Source: Inmirania thermothiophila (lineage in GTDB: Bacteria; Pseudomonadota; Gammaproteobacteria; DSM-100275). From it: 32,000 bases of DNA. Every line of letters begins with the position of its first letter. The first letter of the stretch is position 1. The stretch is from the NCBI RefSeq assembly GCF_003751635.1, contig NZ_RJVI01000001.1:182733-214732 (forward strand), written 5' to 3'. Position numbers and translations under genes: made by a program. This document shows positions 16,822 through 25,643 of this stretch, piece by piece. Under the pieces are notes generated by a model. The model saw only the letters and a program-made list of their open reading frames with translations, did no database searches and was not told the origin of the DNA.

Positions 16822-18015
16822 TCAGGCGAGCACCGAGGCGATGCGCTCCACCGCCTCGTCCAGGAGCGCACGGTCGATCACCAGGGGCGGCGCAAGGCGC
16901 AGGACCCGCCCGTGGGTGTCCTTGGTGAGCACGCCAGCCTCGATCACCCGTTCACAGGCGGTGCGGGCGTCGATGCGGTCGGTGTCCAGCTCGACGGCGC
17001 AGAAGAGGCCGAGGCCGCGCACGGCCCGCACCCGCGGGCTGCGGCGCAGCGGCTGGAGCCGCTCCAGGAGGTGGCGGCCGAGCTCGGCGCTGCGCGCCAC
17101 GAGCCCCTCCTCCTCCAGCACCGCCAGCGCCTCCAGCCCCACCGCGGCGGCCAGGGGGCTGCCGCCGAAGGTGCTGCCGTGGTCGCCGGGGCGGAAGACG
17201 TCCATCACCTCGCGCCGGGCGAGGAAGGCCGACACGGGCAGCAGCCCGCCGCCGAGGGCCTTGCCCAGGATCAGCCCGTCCGGGCGCACCCCGTCGTGCT
17301 CGCAGGCGAGCAGCCGCCCGGTGCGGCCGAGACCGGTCTGCACCTCGTCGGCGATGAGGAGCACCCCCTCGCGGCGGCAGATCTCGGCGCAGCGGGCGAG
17401 ATACCCCCGCGGGGGGATGACGATCCCGGCCTCGCCCTGCACCGGCTCCACGAGGAAGGCCGCGGTGTGCGGGGTGATCGCCGCCTCCAGGGCCTCGGCG
17501 TCACCGTAGGGGATGCGCACGAAGCCGGGCGGGAAGGGGCCGAAGCCCTCGCGATAGGCCGCCTCCGAGGAGAAGCCCACGATGGCGATGGTGCGGCCGT
17601 GGAAGTTGCCCTCGCAGACGACGATCTCGGCCCGCCCGGGGGGCACACCCTTGACCTCGTAGGCCCACTTGCGCGCGGCCTTGAGGGCGGTCTCCACCGC
17701 CTCGGCGCCGGTGTTCATGGGCAGCGCCGCCTCCTGGCCGGTGAGGGCGCAGAGGCGGGCCAGGAAGGGGCCCAGGCGGTCGGTGTGGTAGGCCCGCGAG
17801 ACCACCGCCAGGCGCCCCGCCTGCGCCGCCAGCGCCGCCACCAGCCGCGGATGGGCGTGGCCGAAGCTCGCCGCCGAGTAGGCCGACATCATGTCGATGT
17901 AGCGCCGCCCCTGGGCGTCCCAGACCTCGGCCCCGCGCCCGCGCACCAGCACCACCGGCAGGGGGTCGTAGTTGTGCGCCCCGTAGCGCCGCTCGAGCTC
18001 CGCCGCCTCGTGCAT
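16822..18015 (-). CDS. rocD: Ornithine--oxo-acid aminotransferase
   Basis: 397 aa, starting YGAHNYDPLPVVLVRGRGAEVWD. It has class-III aminotransferase motifs (DEVQTGLGRTG, LGKALGGG). ATG at 18015 follows SD GAGGAGGA. Confidence 0.88.
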   Translation of the reverse strand: MHEAAELERRYGAHNYDPLPVVLVRGRGAEVWDAQGRRYIDMMSAYSAASFGHAHPRLVAALAAQAGRLAVVSRAYHTDRLGPFLARLCALTGQEAALPMNTGAEAVETALKAARKWAYEVKGVPPGRAEIVVCEGNFHGRTIAIVGFSSEAAYREGFGPFPPGFVRIPYGDAEALEAAITPHTAAFLVEPVQGEAGIVIPPRGYLARCAEICRREGVLLIADEVQTGLGRTGRLLACEHDGVRPDGLILGKALGGGLLPVSAFLARREVMDVFRPGDHGSTFGGSPLAAAVGLEALAVLEEEGLVARSAELGRHLLERLQPLRRSPRVRAVRGLGLFCAVELDTDRIDARTACERVIEAGVLTKDTHGRVLRLAPPLVIDRALLDEAVERIASVLA

Positions 18016-18029
18016 GTCCGTCCTCCTCG

Positions 18030-18851
18030 TCAGCTGAAGACCGCGCGGACGATGCGCGCCACCGCGCGCGCCGTCATCCCGCCGCGGTCGCGGCCGGGGT
18101 CGAGCTCGGCCACCTCCATGCCCACGAACCCGGCCTCGCCGCCGATGCCGTGCAGGACGCGGGCGAGGCGCACGGCGTCGAGCCCCCCGGGCACCGGGGT
18201 CGTCACCCCCGGCGCCTGGCGCGGGTCGAGGGCGTCGACGTCGAGGCTCAGGCCCCAGGGGCCGCCGCGCAGCCGCGCCCGCACCTCCGCCATCACCGCC
18301 CCCCAGCCGCGGCGGCGCACCGCGCCGGCGCCGATCACGCGCACCCCGCGGCGGGCGAGCCGGGCCCATTCCGGCGGCTCGTAGCTGCGCACCCCCAGCA
18401 GCACCAGCCGGCGCGGGTCCACCGCCCCGCGGGCGAGCGCCGCGAGCGGCCGCGGCCCCTCGCCCAGCAGGCAGGCCACCGGCATGCCGTGCAGGGCCCC
18501 GCTCGGCGAGCTCGCCTGGTCGTGGGCGTCGAGGTGGGCGTCGATCCAGAGCAGGCCCAGGGGCCGGCCCAGCGCCCCCGCCGCCCCCGCCCAGGTGCCG
18601 ACGGCGATGGTGTGGTCCCCGCCCAGGACCAGGAAGGGCCCGCCCGCCGCCACCGCCGCCGCCACCCGGCGGGCGAGGCGGCGGCAGAAGCGGGCGGCGT
18701 CGCGTTCCGGCGCGACGCGCCCGCGCGCGGTGCCGCCCAGGTGACGCCGCAGGCAGGCGGGGGCGGCGGCGGGGCCCGTCCCCCGCCCGCCGTGGGCGAA
18801 GGGGGCCTCGATCCGGTACGGCCGCAGCGCGATGGGGACGACGGCCTCCAT
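18030..18851 (-). CDS. Arginase-family (ureohydrolase) protein, probable arginase
   Basis: Mn-binding motifs GGDHT, DAHLDAHD and SLDVDALDP. It lies immediately upstream of rocD. At 273 aa it is short for the family. Confidence 0.78.
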   Translation of the reverse strand: MEAVVPIALRPYRIEAPFAHGGRGTGPAAAPACLRRHLGGTARGRVAPERDAARFCRRLARRVAAAVAAGGPFLVLGGDHTIAVGTWAGAAGALGRPLGLLWIDAHLDAHDQASSPSGALHGMPVACLLGEGPRPLAALARGAVDPRRLVLLGVRSYEPPEWARLARRGVRVIGAGAVRRRGWGAVMAEVRARLRGGPWGLSLDVDALDPRQAPGVTTPVPGGLDAVRLARVLHGIGGEAGFVGMEVAELDPGRDRGGMTARAVARIVRAVFS

Positions 18852-18907
18852 GCCCGGTTAGATGCCGGCGCCGGCGGCGGATTCCCCCATCCCCTATAAT
18901 CGCGGCG

Positions 18908-19363
18908 ATGGCCCGCACCCCCCCACATGCCGCCCCCCGGCTCTCCGCCGGCTTCGTGCTGGTGCGCCGCGGCGACGGCGGCTGGCGCTACCTGATGCTG
19001 CGCGCCTACCGCAACTGGGACTTCCCCAAGGGCCTGGTGGAGCCGGGCGAGTCGCCCCTGGAGGCGGCGCGGCGGGAGGTGGCGGAGGAGACCGGGCTGG
19101 ACGAGCTCGTCCTGCGCTGGGGCGAGGACTACGTGGAGACCGGCCCCTACGGCCGCGGCAAGGTGGCCCGCTACTACCTCGCCGAGGCCCCGCGGGGCGC
19201 GGTGGTGCTGCCGGTCAGCCCCGAGCTCGGCCGCCCCGAGCACGACGAGTACCGCTGGGTCGACCTCGCCGAGGCGCTGCGCCTCGCCCCGCCGCGGCTG
19301 GTCCCGGTCCTCGCCTGGGCCGCCGACCGCATCGGCGACCCTCAGCGGGCCGCGTCGACGTAG
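18908..19363 (+). CDS. NUDIX hydrolase (Ap4A-hydrolase-like)
   Basis: Nudix box GLVEPGESPLEAARREVAEETGL, with WDFPKG preceding it. Confidence 0.85.
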   Translation: MARTPPHAAPRLSAGFVLVRRGDGGWRYLMLRAYRNWDFPKGLVEPGESPLEAARREVAEETGLDELVLRWGEDYVETGPYGRGKVARYYLAEAPRGAVVLPVSPELGRPEHDEYRWVDLAEALRLAPPRLVPVLAWAADRIGDPQRAAST

Positions 19364-19737
19364 TTGAAGCGGTCCTCGGCCAGCACCCGGCCGGCCTCGT
19401 CCACCACCGCCACCCGCCACTCGCCGGTCCACTGCGGCAGCAGGTTCTTGCTGGACCACACGCGCCAGCGCGGGCCGCCGACGCGGAAGGCGACCTCCGC
19501 CATGACGCGCCCGCCGTACTCCCAGCGGTGGGTGACGGTCTGCCCCGCGAGCCCCACGAGCTCGGTGAAGTAGTAGACCCGCCGCTGGTCGTTGGGGAGC
19601 TCCACCACCCGGTCCACCGGCTCGCGCCCGGTGATCCCGGTGGTGAAGACCGCGCGGGCCACCGCACCGCCCGCCTGCGCCGCGGCAAGCGCCAGCACCA
19701 GGGCCGCGACCGCCCACCGCATGCGCCATCCCCCCAT
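19342..19737 (-). CDS. DUF2914 domain-containing secreted protein
   Basis: Signal peptide followed by GREPVDR...RVYYFTEL...VTHRW...WRVWSSK...GEWRVAVVDEAG, a DUF2914-like pattern. ATG at 19737 follows SD GGGGAGGG. Confidence 0.65.
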   Translation of the reverse strand: MGGWRMRWAVAALVLALAAAQAGGAVARAVFTTGITGREPVDRVVELPNDQRRVYYFTELVGLAGQTVTHRWEYGGRVMAEVAFRVGGPRWRVWSSKNLLPQWTGEWRVAVVDEAGRVLAEDRFNYVDAAR

Positions 19738-19822
19738 GGCCTTGCCCTCCCCGCGCGTCCGACCCGCCCCGATTCCGGCCGCGCGCCCTGCGCCACGCCG
19801 CGACCGCGGTCACGGACCCGGC

Positions 19823-20779
19823 TCAGGCGACGCGGTTCTCCACCCGCCCCGCCTCGAGGAAGGCGCGCAGGATCCCCGTCATCTGGTCCACGAGACGCTG
19901 GCGCGACTCGCGGCTCGCCCACGCCACGTGCGGGGTCAGGATCAGGTTCGGGATATCCGGCGCCAGCAGCGGGTTGCCCTCCCGCGGCGGCTCGCGCGTG
20001 AGCACGTCCACCGCCGCCCCCCCGATCCAGCCCTCGCGCAGGGCGCGCGCCAGCGCCTCCTCGTCCACGATGCCGCCGCGGGCGGTGTTGACGAGGATGG
20101 CATCCGGCCGCATCGCCCGCAGCTCCCGCTCGCCGATGAGGCCGCGGGTCTCCTCGGTGAGGGGGCAATGGATGGAGAGCACGTCCACCTCCGGCAGGAG
20201 CCGCTCCAGGGGCAGGCGCCCGGGCTGCGGCGCCCCCCCCGGGCGCTGGGCCACCAGCACCTCCATGCCGAAGGCCTCGGCGACGCGGGCCACCCCGCGG
20301 CCGAGCTCGCCGAGGCCGACGATGCCCATGCGCCGCCCGGCGAGCTCGCGCACCGGGAAGTCCAGGAGGCAGAACTGCCGCGCCTGCGCCCAGCGCCCCT
20401 CGCGCACCGCCCGGCGGTAGTCGTCGAGGCTGCGCATCAGGGTCAGCACCAGGGCGAAGACGTGCTCCACCACCGAGGGGGTGCCGTAGGCACGCACGTT
20501 GGCCACCGGAATGCCGCGCCGGCGCGCCGCCTCGAGGTCGACGTTGTTGGTCCCGGTGGCGGCGACGAGGATCAGCCGCAGGGCGTCGGCGCCCTCGATC
20601 GCCGCCGCATCCAGCACCACCTTGTTGGTGATCACCACCGCCGCACCGGCGATGCGCTCGGGCACCTCCTGCGGCGCCGTGGCCTCGAACATGCGCCACT
20701 CGGGCAGGGTGGCCTCCAGGGCCGAGAGGTCGAGATCCCCCGGATCGAGGGACTCGCGATCCAGGAAGACGCCGCGCAC
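19823..20779 (-). CDS. D-isomer-specific 2-hydroxyacid dehydrogenase (glycerate/hydroxypyruvate reductase-like)
   Basis: NAD-binding motif GIVGLGELGRGVA, with ARGGIVDE and TPHVAWAS motifs. GTG start at 20779 follows SD GAGGAG. The rest of the 666-aa ORF upstream is antisense to hemH. Confidence 0.85.
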   Translation of the reverse strand: MRGVFLDRESLDPGDLDLSALEATLPEWRMFEATAPQEVPERIAGAAVVITNKVVLDAAAIEGADALRLILVAATGTNNVDLEAARRRGIPVANVRAYGTPSVVEHVFALVLTLMRSLDDYRRAVREGRWAQARQFCLLDFPVRELAGRRMGIVGLGELGRGVARVAEAFGMEVLVAQRPGGAPQPGRLPLERLLPEVDVLSIHCPLTEETRGLIGERELRAMRPDAILVNTARGGIVDEEALARALREGWIGGAAVDVLTREPPREGNPLLAPDIPNLILTPHVAWASRESRQRLVDQMTGILRAFLEAGRVENRVA

Positions 20780-20884
20780 CGTCGCTCCTCGCTGGCTCCG
20801 CCGACGCCGCCCAGTCAAGCACAGCACGCGCCGTCGCGCCAGCCCTGGACCGGCCACGGCGCGGGCGGCTAGGCTTGCGCGGTC

Positions 20885-21883
20885 ATGGCCACACCCGCCG
20901 ACACCGCGGTCCTCCTCACCAACCTCGGCTCGCCCGCCGCGCCGACGCCCGCCGCGGTGCGCCGCTACCTCGGCGAGTTCCTCGCCGATCCCCGCATCGT
21001 CGACCTGCCGCGCTGGCTCTGGCTGCCGATCCTGCACGGCATCGTCCTGCGCGTGCGCCCCCGCCGCACCGTGCCCCTCTACCGCGGCATCTGGCGCGAG
21101 GACGGCGCCCCCCTGGTGGCCGTCACCCGCCGCCAGGCCGAGGGGGTGGCGGCGCGCCTCGCCGCCGCGGGGCTGCAGGTCCAGGTGGCGGTGGCGATGC
21201 GCTACGGCGAGCCGGGCATCGCCGAGACCGTGGATCGGCTCCTCGCCGCGGGCGTGCGCCGCCTCCTGGTGCTGCCCCTCTACCCGCAGTACTCCGCCAC
21301 CACCGTGGCCAGCACCTTCGACGCCCTCGCCGCCGCCCTCGCCGGACGCCCCCGGCTGCCTGAGCTGCACCTGGTGGCGGGCTACCACGCGGAGGCGGGC
21401 TATCTCGACGCGCTCGCGGCGAGCGTGCGCGAGGCCTGGGACCGCGAGGGCCGCGCCGGGCACCTGCTCTTCTCCTTCCACGGCCTGCCCCGGCGCTACG
21501 CCGCCGCCGGCGACCCCTACCCCGTGCAGTGCCGCGCCACCGCCGCGGCGGTGGCGGCCCGCCTCGGCCTCGCGCCGCAGGCGTGGTCGGTGGCCTTCCA
21601 GTCCCGCTTCGGCCCCGGCGCCTGGCTCGAGCCCGCCACCGAGGCGGTGCTCGCCGAGCTGCCCGCCCGGGGGGTGCGCACGCTGCAGGTCCTCTGCCCG
21701 GGCTTCGCCGCCGACTGCCTCGAGACGCTGGAGGAGATCGCGGTGCGCGGGCGCGAGACCTTCCTCGCCGCCGGCGGCGAGCGCTTCGGCTACGTGCCCG
21801 CGCTCAACGACCGCGCCGACCACCTGGACTTCCTCGCCGCCCTCTGCGCCCGCCGCCTGCGCGCCTGGGCGCCGCCGTGCTAG
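20885..21883 (+). CDS. hemH: Ferrochelatase
   Basis: 332 aa: AVLLTNLGSPAAPTPAAVRRYLGEFLADPRIV..., LPLYPQYS and FSFHGLP motifs. Confidence 0.95.
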   Translation: MATPADTAVLLTNLGSPAAPTPAAVRRYLGEFLADPRIVDLPRWLWLPILHGIVLRVRPRRTVPLYRGIWREDGAPLVAVTRRQAEGVAARLAAAGLQVQVAVAMRYGEPGIAETVDRLLAAGVRRLLVLPLYPQYSATTVASTFDALAAALAGRPRLPELHLVAGYHAEAGYLDALAASVREAWDREGRAGHLLFSFHGLPRRYAAAGDPYPVQCRATAAAVAARLGLAPQAWSVAFQSRFGPGAWLEPATEAVLAELPARGVRTLQVLCPGFAADCLETLEEIAVRGRETFLAAGGERFGYVPALNDRADHLDFLAALCARRLRAWAPPC

Positions 21884-21912
21884 GCTTGCCCCGCGAGCCG
21901 GGAGCCGAACCG

Positions 21913-22665
21913 ATGCGCGTCGCCCTCTTCGCCACCTGCCTCGTCGACCTCTTCCGGCCCCAGGCCGGGTTCGCCGCGGCGCGCCTGCTGGAGGCGGCGG
22001 GCTGTGAGGTCGTGGTGCCGATCGAACAGACCTGCTGCGGCCAGCCGGCCTGGAACGCGGGCGACGCCCGGCGCGCCCGCGCCGTCGCCCGCCACACCAT
22101 CGCGGTGCTGGAGCCCTACGCCCGGGTGGTGGTCCCGTCGGGCTCCTGCGCCGGCATGATCCGTCACCACTACCCGGCGCTGTTCGCCGACGACCCGGCC
22201 TGGCGCCGCCGCGCCGAGGCGGTGGCGGCCAGGACCCACGAGCTCACCGCCTTCCTCGCCGCGCAGGGCCCCGGCCGGCTGCCGCCGGCGCCGCTCGCCG
22301 GGCCCGTGGCCTATCACGACAGCTGCTCGTCGCTGCGGGAGCTCGGGGTGCGCGAGGAGCCGCGGCGGCTGCTCGCCGAGGTCTGCGGCTGCGAGGTACG
22401 CGAGCCCGAGGACGCCGAGGGCTGCTGCGGCTTCGGCGGCGCCTTCGCGGTCAAGTTCCCCGAGATCTCGGCCCGCATCGGCGCCGACAAGGTGGCGCGG
22501 CTCGCCGCCACCGGCGCCCGTGTCGTGCTCGCCGGCGATCTCGGCTGCCTCCTCCACCAGGCCGGCCGCGCCCGCCGCCTGGGGCTGCCGCTGCGCTTCT
22601 TCCACGTCGCCGAGGCGCTGGCCGGCATGACCGACGGGCCGGCCATCGGGGAGCCGGCGCCGTGA
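21913..22665 (+). CDS. lutA: L-lactate utilization protein LutA ((Fe-S)-binding CCG-domain oxidoreductase)
   Basis: MRVALFATCLVD..., with two cysteine-rich CCG motifs (CCGQPAWN, CCGFGG). It is followed by lutB and lutC. Confidence 0.85.
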   Translation: MRVALFATCLVDLFRPQAGFAAARLLEAAGCEVVVPIEQTCCGQPAWNAGDARRARAVARHTIAVLEPYARVVVPSGSCAGMIRHHYPALFADDPAWRRRAEAVAARTHELTAFLAAQGPGRLPPAPLAGPVAYHDSCSSLRELGVREEPRRLLAEVCGCEVREPEDAEGCCGFGGAFAVKFPEISARIGADKVARLAATGARVVLAGDLGCLLHQAGRARRLGLPLRFFHVAEALAGMTDGPAIGEPAP

Positions 22666-24074
22666 GGCCGGCCTGCCGCGACTTTCGCGCCCGCGCCCGC
22701 GAGGCGCTGCTCGACGAGGGGCTGCGCGAGGCCCTGGCGCGGGCGCGCGGCGGCTTCGTCGCCAAGCGCGCCGCGGCGGTGGCGGCGCTGCCGGAGTTCG
22801 AGGCCCTGCGCGATGCCGCGGTGGAGGTGCGCGAGCACAGCCTCGACCACCTCGCCCACTACCTGGAGCGCTTCGAGGCCCGCGTGCGCGAGGCCGGGGG
22901 CGCGGTCCACTGGGCCCGCGACGCCGCCGAGGCGCGGGCGATCGTCCTCGACCTCCTCCACCGCGCCGGCGCCCGCAAGGTGCTCAAGGGCAAGTCCATG
23001 GTCTCGGAGGAGGTCGCCCTCAACGAGGCCCTGGAGGCGGCCGGCCACACCGTGGTGGAGACCGACCTCGGCGAGTACATCATCCAGCTCGCCAAGGAGC
23101 CCCCGAGCCACATCATCGCCCCCGCCGTACACAAGCGCCGCGACGAGATCGCCGATCTCTTCCAGCGCCACCACGGCCTGGCCGAGCGCATCGAGGACGT
23201 CCCCGGCCTGGTGGCGGAGGCGCGCCGGGTGCTGCGCGAGCACTTCCTCACCGCCGACGCCGGGATCACGGGGGCCAACCTCCTGGTGGCCGAGACCGGC
23301 AGCGTGGTCCTGGTCACCAACGAGGGCAACGGCGACCTCGCCGCCACCCTGCCGCGGCTGCACATCGTCATCACCGGCATCGAGAAGGTGGTGCCGACGC
23401 TGGCCGACGCCGGCGTCCTCCTGCGCCTGCTGGCGCGCAGCGCCACCGGGCAGGAACTGTCCAACTACACCACCCTGTTCACCGGGGCGCGCCGAGCGGC
23501 CGACCCCGACGGCCCCGAGGCCTTCCACGTGGTGCTGGTGGACAACGGGCGCAGCCGCATGCTGGAGGGGCCGTTCCGGGCGATGCTGCGGTGCATCCGC
23601 TGCGGCGCCTGCCTCAACCACTGCCCGGTCTACACCGCGGTGGGGGGCCACGCCTACGGCTGGGTCTACCCGGGCCCCATGGGCTCGGTGCTCACCCCCC
23701 TGATGCTGGGCGTCGGCGAGGCGGCGGACCTGCCCGCCGCCTCCACCCTGTGCGGCCGCTGCGAGGCGGTCTGCCCCGTGCGCATCCCGCTGCCCGCACT
23801 GCTGCGCCGGCTGCGCGAGCGCACCCGAGCGGCGGGCCTCGCCCGTGCCGGCGAGCGCTGGGGCCTCGCCCTCTGGGCCCTCGCGGCCCGGCGCCCGGCC
23901 CTCTACCGCCGCCTCGCCGACCTCGCCGGGCGCCTCCTCGCGCGCCGTGCGCGCGGCCGCGGCGCCCTCTCGCGGCTTCCCCTCGCGCGCGCCTGGTGCG
24001 CCCACCGCGACCTGCCGGCGCCGGCCCCGGAGAGCTTCGTGACCCAGTGGCGGCGCCGGGGGGGTGCAGGATGA
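22662..24074 (+). CDS. lutB: L-lactate utilization iron-sulfur protein LutB
   Basis: 470 aa with two 4Fe-4S motifs (CIRCGACLNHCP, CGRCEAVCP) and a DUF162/LUD domain. The GTG start overlaps the lutA stop (GTGA). Confidence 0.9.
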   Translation: MRPACRDFRARAREALLDEGLREALARARGGFVAKRAAAVAALPEFEALRDAAVEVREHSLDHLAHYLERFEARVREAGGAVHWARDAAEARAIVLDLLHRAGARKVLKGKSMVSEEVALNEALEAAGHTVVETDLGEYIIQLAKEPPSHIIAPAVHKRRDEIADLFQRHHGLAERIEDVPGLVAEARRVLREHFLTADAGITGANLLVAETGSVVLVTNEGNGDLAATLPRLHIVITGIEKVVPTLADAGVLLRLLARSATGQELSNYTTLFTGARRAADPDGPEAFHVVLVDNGRSRMLEGPFRAMLRCIRCGACLNHCPVYTAVGGHAYGWVYPGPMGSVLTPLMLGVGEAADLPAASTLCGRCEAVCPVRIPLPALLRRLRERTRAAGLARAGERWGLALWALAARRPALYRRLADLAGRLLARRARGRGALSRLPLARAWCAHRDLPAPAPESFVTQWRRRGGAG

Positions 24075-24688
24075 GCGAGGCACGGGCGGCGATCCTGGAG
24101 CGGCTGCGCCGCCTCGCCCGCGGCGGCCCCGACGCGGCCGAGGCCCGCATCGCGGCGCCGCCCGCGCACCCGTGCCCCCGGGTGGAGGGCGACCTCGTCG
24201 CCCGCTTCACCGCCCGCGCCGAGGCCCAGGCCGCCGTGGTCCACCGCCTCGCCCGCATGGAGGAGGTGCCGGCCGCGGTGGCGGCCGTCGCCGCGGGCGC
24301 AACCCCGGTCTGCCCGGACCCCAGCCTCGCCGCCCTGCCCTGGCCCGCCGGGGGGCGCCCGGCCTGCCGCCCGCCGAGCGGGGACGACCGCATCACCCTG
24401 ACGCGGGCCTTCGCCGGGGTCGCCGAGACCGGCAGCCTGGTCTTCGCCAGCGGCGTGCACGCCCCCACCGGGGCCCACTTCCTGCCCGAGACCGAGTGCG
24501 CGGTCCTCGAGGCCGACCGCATCCTGCCCCACCTCGAGGCCGCATGGGCGCTGCTCGCCGCCGAGCTGGGCGCCATGCCGCGCACGGTGAACCTCGTGAG
24601 CGGCCCCTCGCGCACCGCCGACGTGGAGCAGACCATCCAGCTCGGCGCCCACGGCCCGCGGGCGCTGCACATCCTCATCGTCGGCTGA
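24071..24688 (+). CDS. lutC: L-lactate utilization protein LutC (LUD domain)
   Basis: GVAETGSLVF and SGPSRTADVEQTIQLGAHGPR motifs. The ATG overlaps the lutB stop (ATGA). Confidence 0.8.
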   Translation: MSEARAAILERLRRLARGGPDAAEARIAAPPAHPCPRVEGDLVARFTARAEAQAAVVHRLARMEEVPAAVAAVAAGATPVCPDPSLAALPWPAGGRPACRPPSGDDRITLTRAFAGVAETGSLVFASGVHAPTGAHFLPETECAVLEADRILPHLEAAWALLAAELGAMPRTVNLVSGPSRTADVEQTIQLGAHGPRALHILIVG

Positions 24689-25643
24689 GCCGACGCGGCG
24701 CCGTGGAGGCGGTCTTCTCGAGGAGGCAGACGAAAAAGGCCTCCCAACCCGCGCCGGCGCGGATGCGCCGCGCCCCGCGCAGCGCCGGCGGCCAGGCGCG
24801 CCCGCGCCAGCCCGCCAGGCCCTCGTCCCAGGCCGGCGCCGGCGGCGCGAAGGGGATCACCCGCAGGCGGTGGCCGAAGCGCGCGAGCGCATGGGCGATC
24901 ACCGCCTCGTTCTCCTCCGGGGCCAGGGTGCAGGTGCTGTAGACGAGCCGGCCGCCCGGGCGCAGGCAGCGCAGCGCGGCCTCGATCAGGCCGCGCTGCT
25001 TGCGCGCCTGCTCGGCGATCTTGCGCTCGCTCCAGTGGCGGGCCGAGTCCGGCTCGCCGGGGTGGATGCGCGCCTCGGAGGAGCAGGGCGCATCCAGGAG
25101 CACGCGGTCGAAGGACTCGCTCCAGCTCCGCGGCAGGCGGCGTCCGTCGCCGAGCCAGGTGCGCACGCCCTCGATCCCCTGCGCCGCGAGGGTGGCGCGC
25201 AGCTTGTGGAAGCGCCCCCGGACCGCCTCCACCGCCACCAGCTCGCCCGCCCCCGCGAGGCGCCGCGCCAGGGCCACGGTCTTGCCCCCGGGGGCGGCGG
25301 CAAGATCCAGGACCCGCTGCCCCGGGCGCACGTCCAGGACCCACGGCGGCACCAGGCTCGAAGGATTGACCGGGTGGATGCGGCGCGCCGCCGCCCAGGG
25401 GTGGGCGAGGAGGGCCGCGCGCGCCGCGGCCGGCACCGCCACCGCCTCCGGGTACCAGTCGAGGGGCGCGGCGGGGATGCCGTCGGCGGCGAGCCGTGCC
25501 GCGGCCTCGCCGGCGGCGCCGAGGGCCGGCGGCACCACGAAGGCGAGCGCCCCCGGCGCCGCCGCCGCGGCCAGGTGCGCCGCCGCCCCCTCGGCGCCGA
25601 GGAGGGCCTCGAGGCGGGCGAGGAAGGCCGGCGGCAGGCTCAC
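24675..25643 (-). CDS. RsmB/RsmF (NOL1/NOP2/Sun) family RNA cytosine-C5 methyltransferase, core domain only
   Basis: SAM-binding motif VLDLAAAPGGKT and the catalytic cysteine motifs DAPCSSEA and YSTCTLAPEENE. No NusB or PUA extensions. The GTG start overlaps the upstream stop (GTGA). Confidence 0.8.
   Translation of the reverse strand: MSLPPAFLARLEALLGAEGAAAHLAAAAAPGALAFVVPPALGAAGEAAARLAADGIPAAPLDWYPEAVAVPAAARAALLAHPWAAARRIHPVNPSSLVPPWVLDVRPGQRVLDLAAAPGGKTVALARRLAGAGELVAVEAVRGRFHKLRATLAAQGIEGVRTWLGDGRRLPRSWSESFDRVLLDAPCSSEARIHPGEPDSARHWSERKIAEQARKQRGLIEAALRCLRPGGRLVYSTCTLAPEENEAVIAHALARFGHRLRVIPFAPPAPAWDEGLAGWRGRAWPPALRGARRIRAGAGWEAFFVCLLEKTASTAPRRLSRR

Noticed and set aside
20868-21889. Exact 11-mer GCTAGGCTTGC occurring upstream of both hemH (20868-20878) and lutA (21879-21889)
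   Set aside because: At this GC bias, hundreds of 11-mer repeats are expected by chance in 32 kb. It contains a weak -10-like TAGGCT, but I have no further support.
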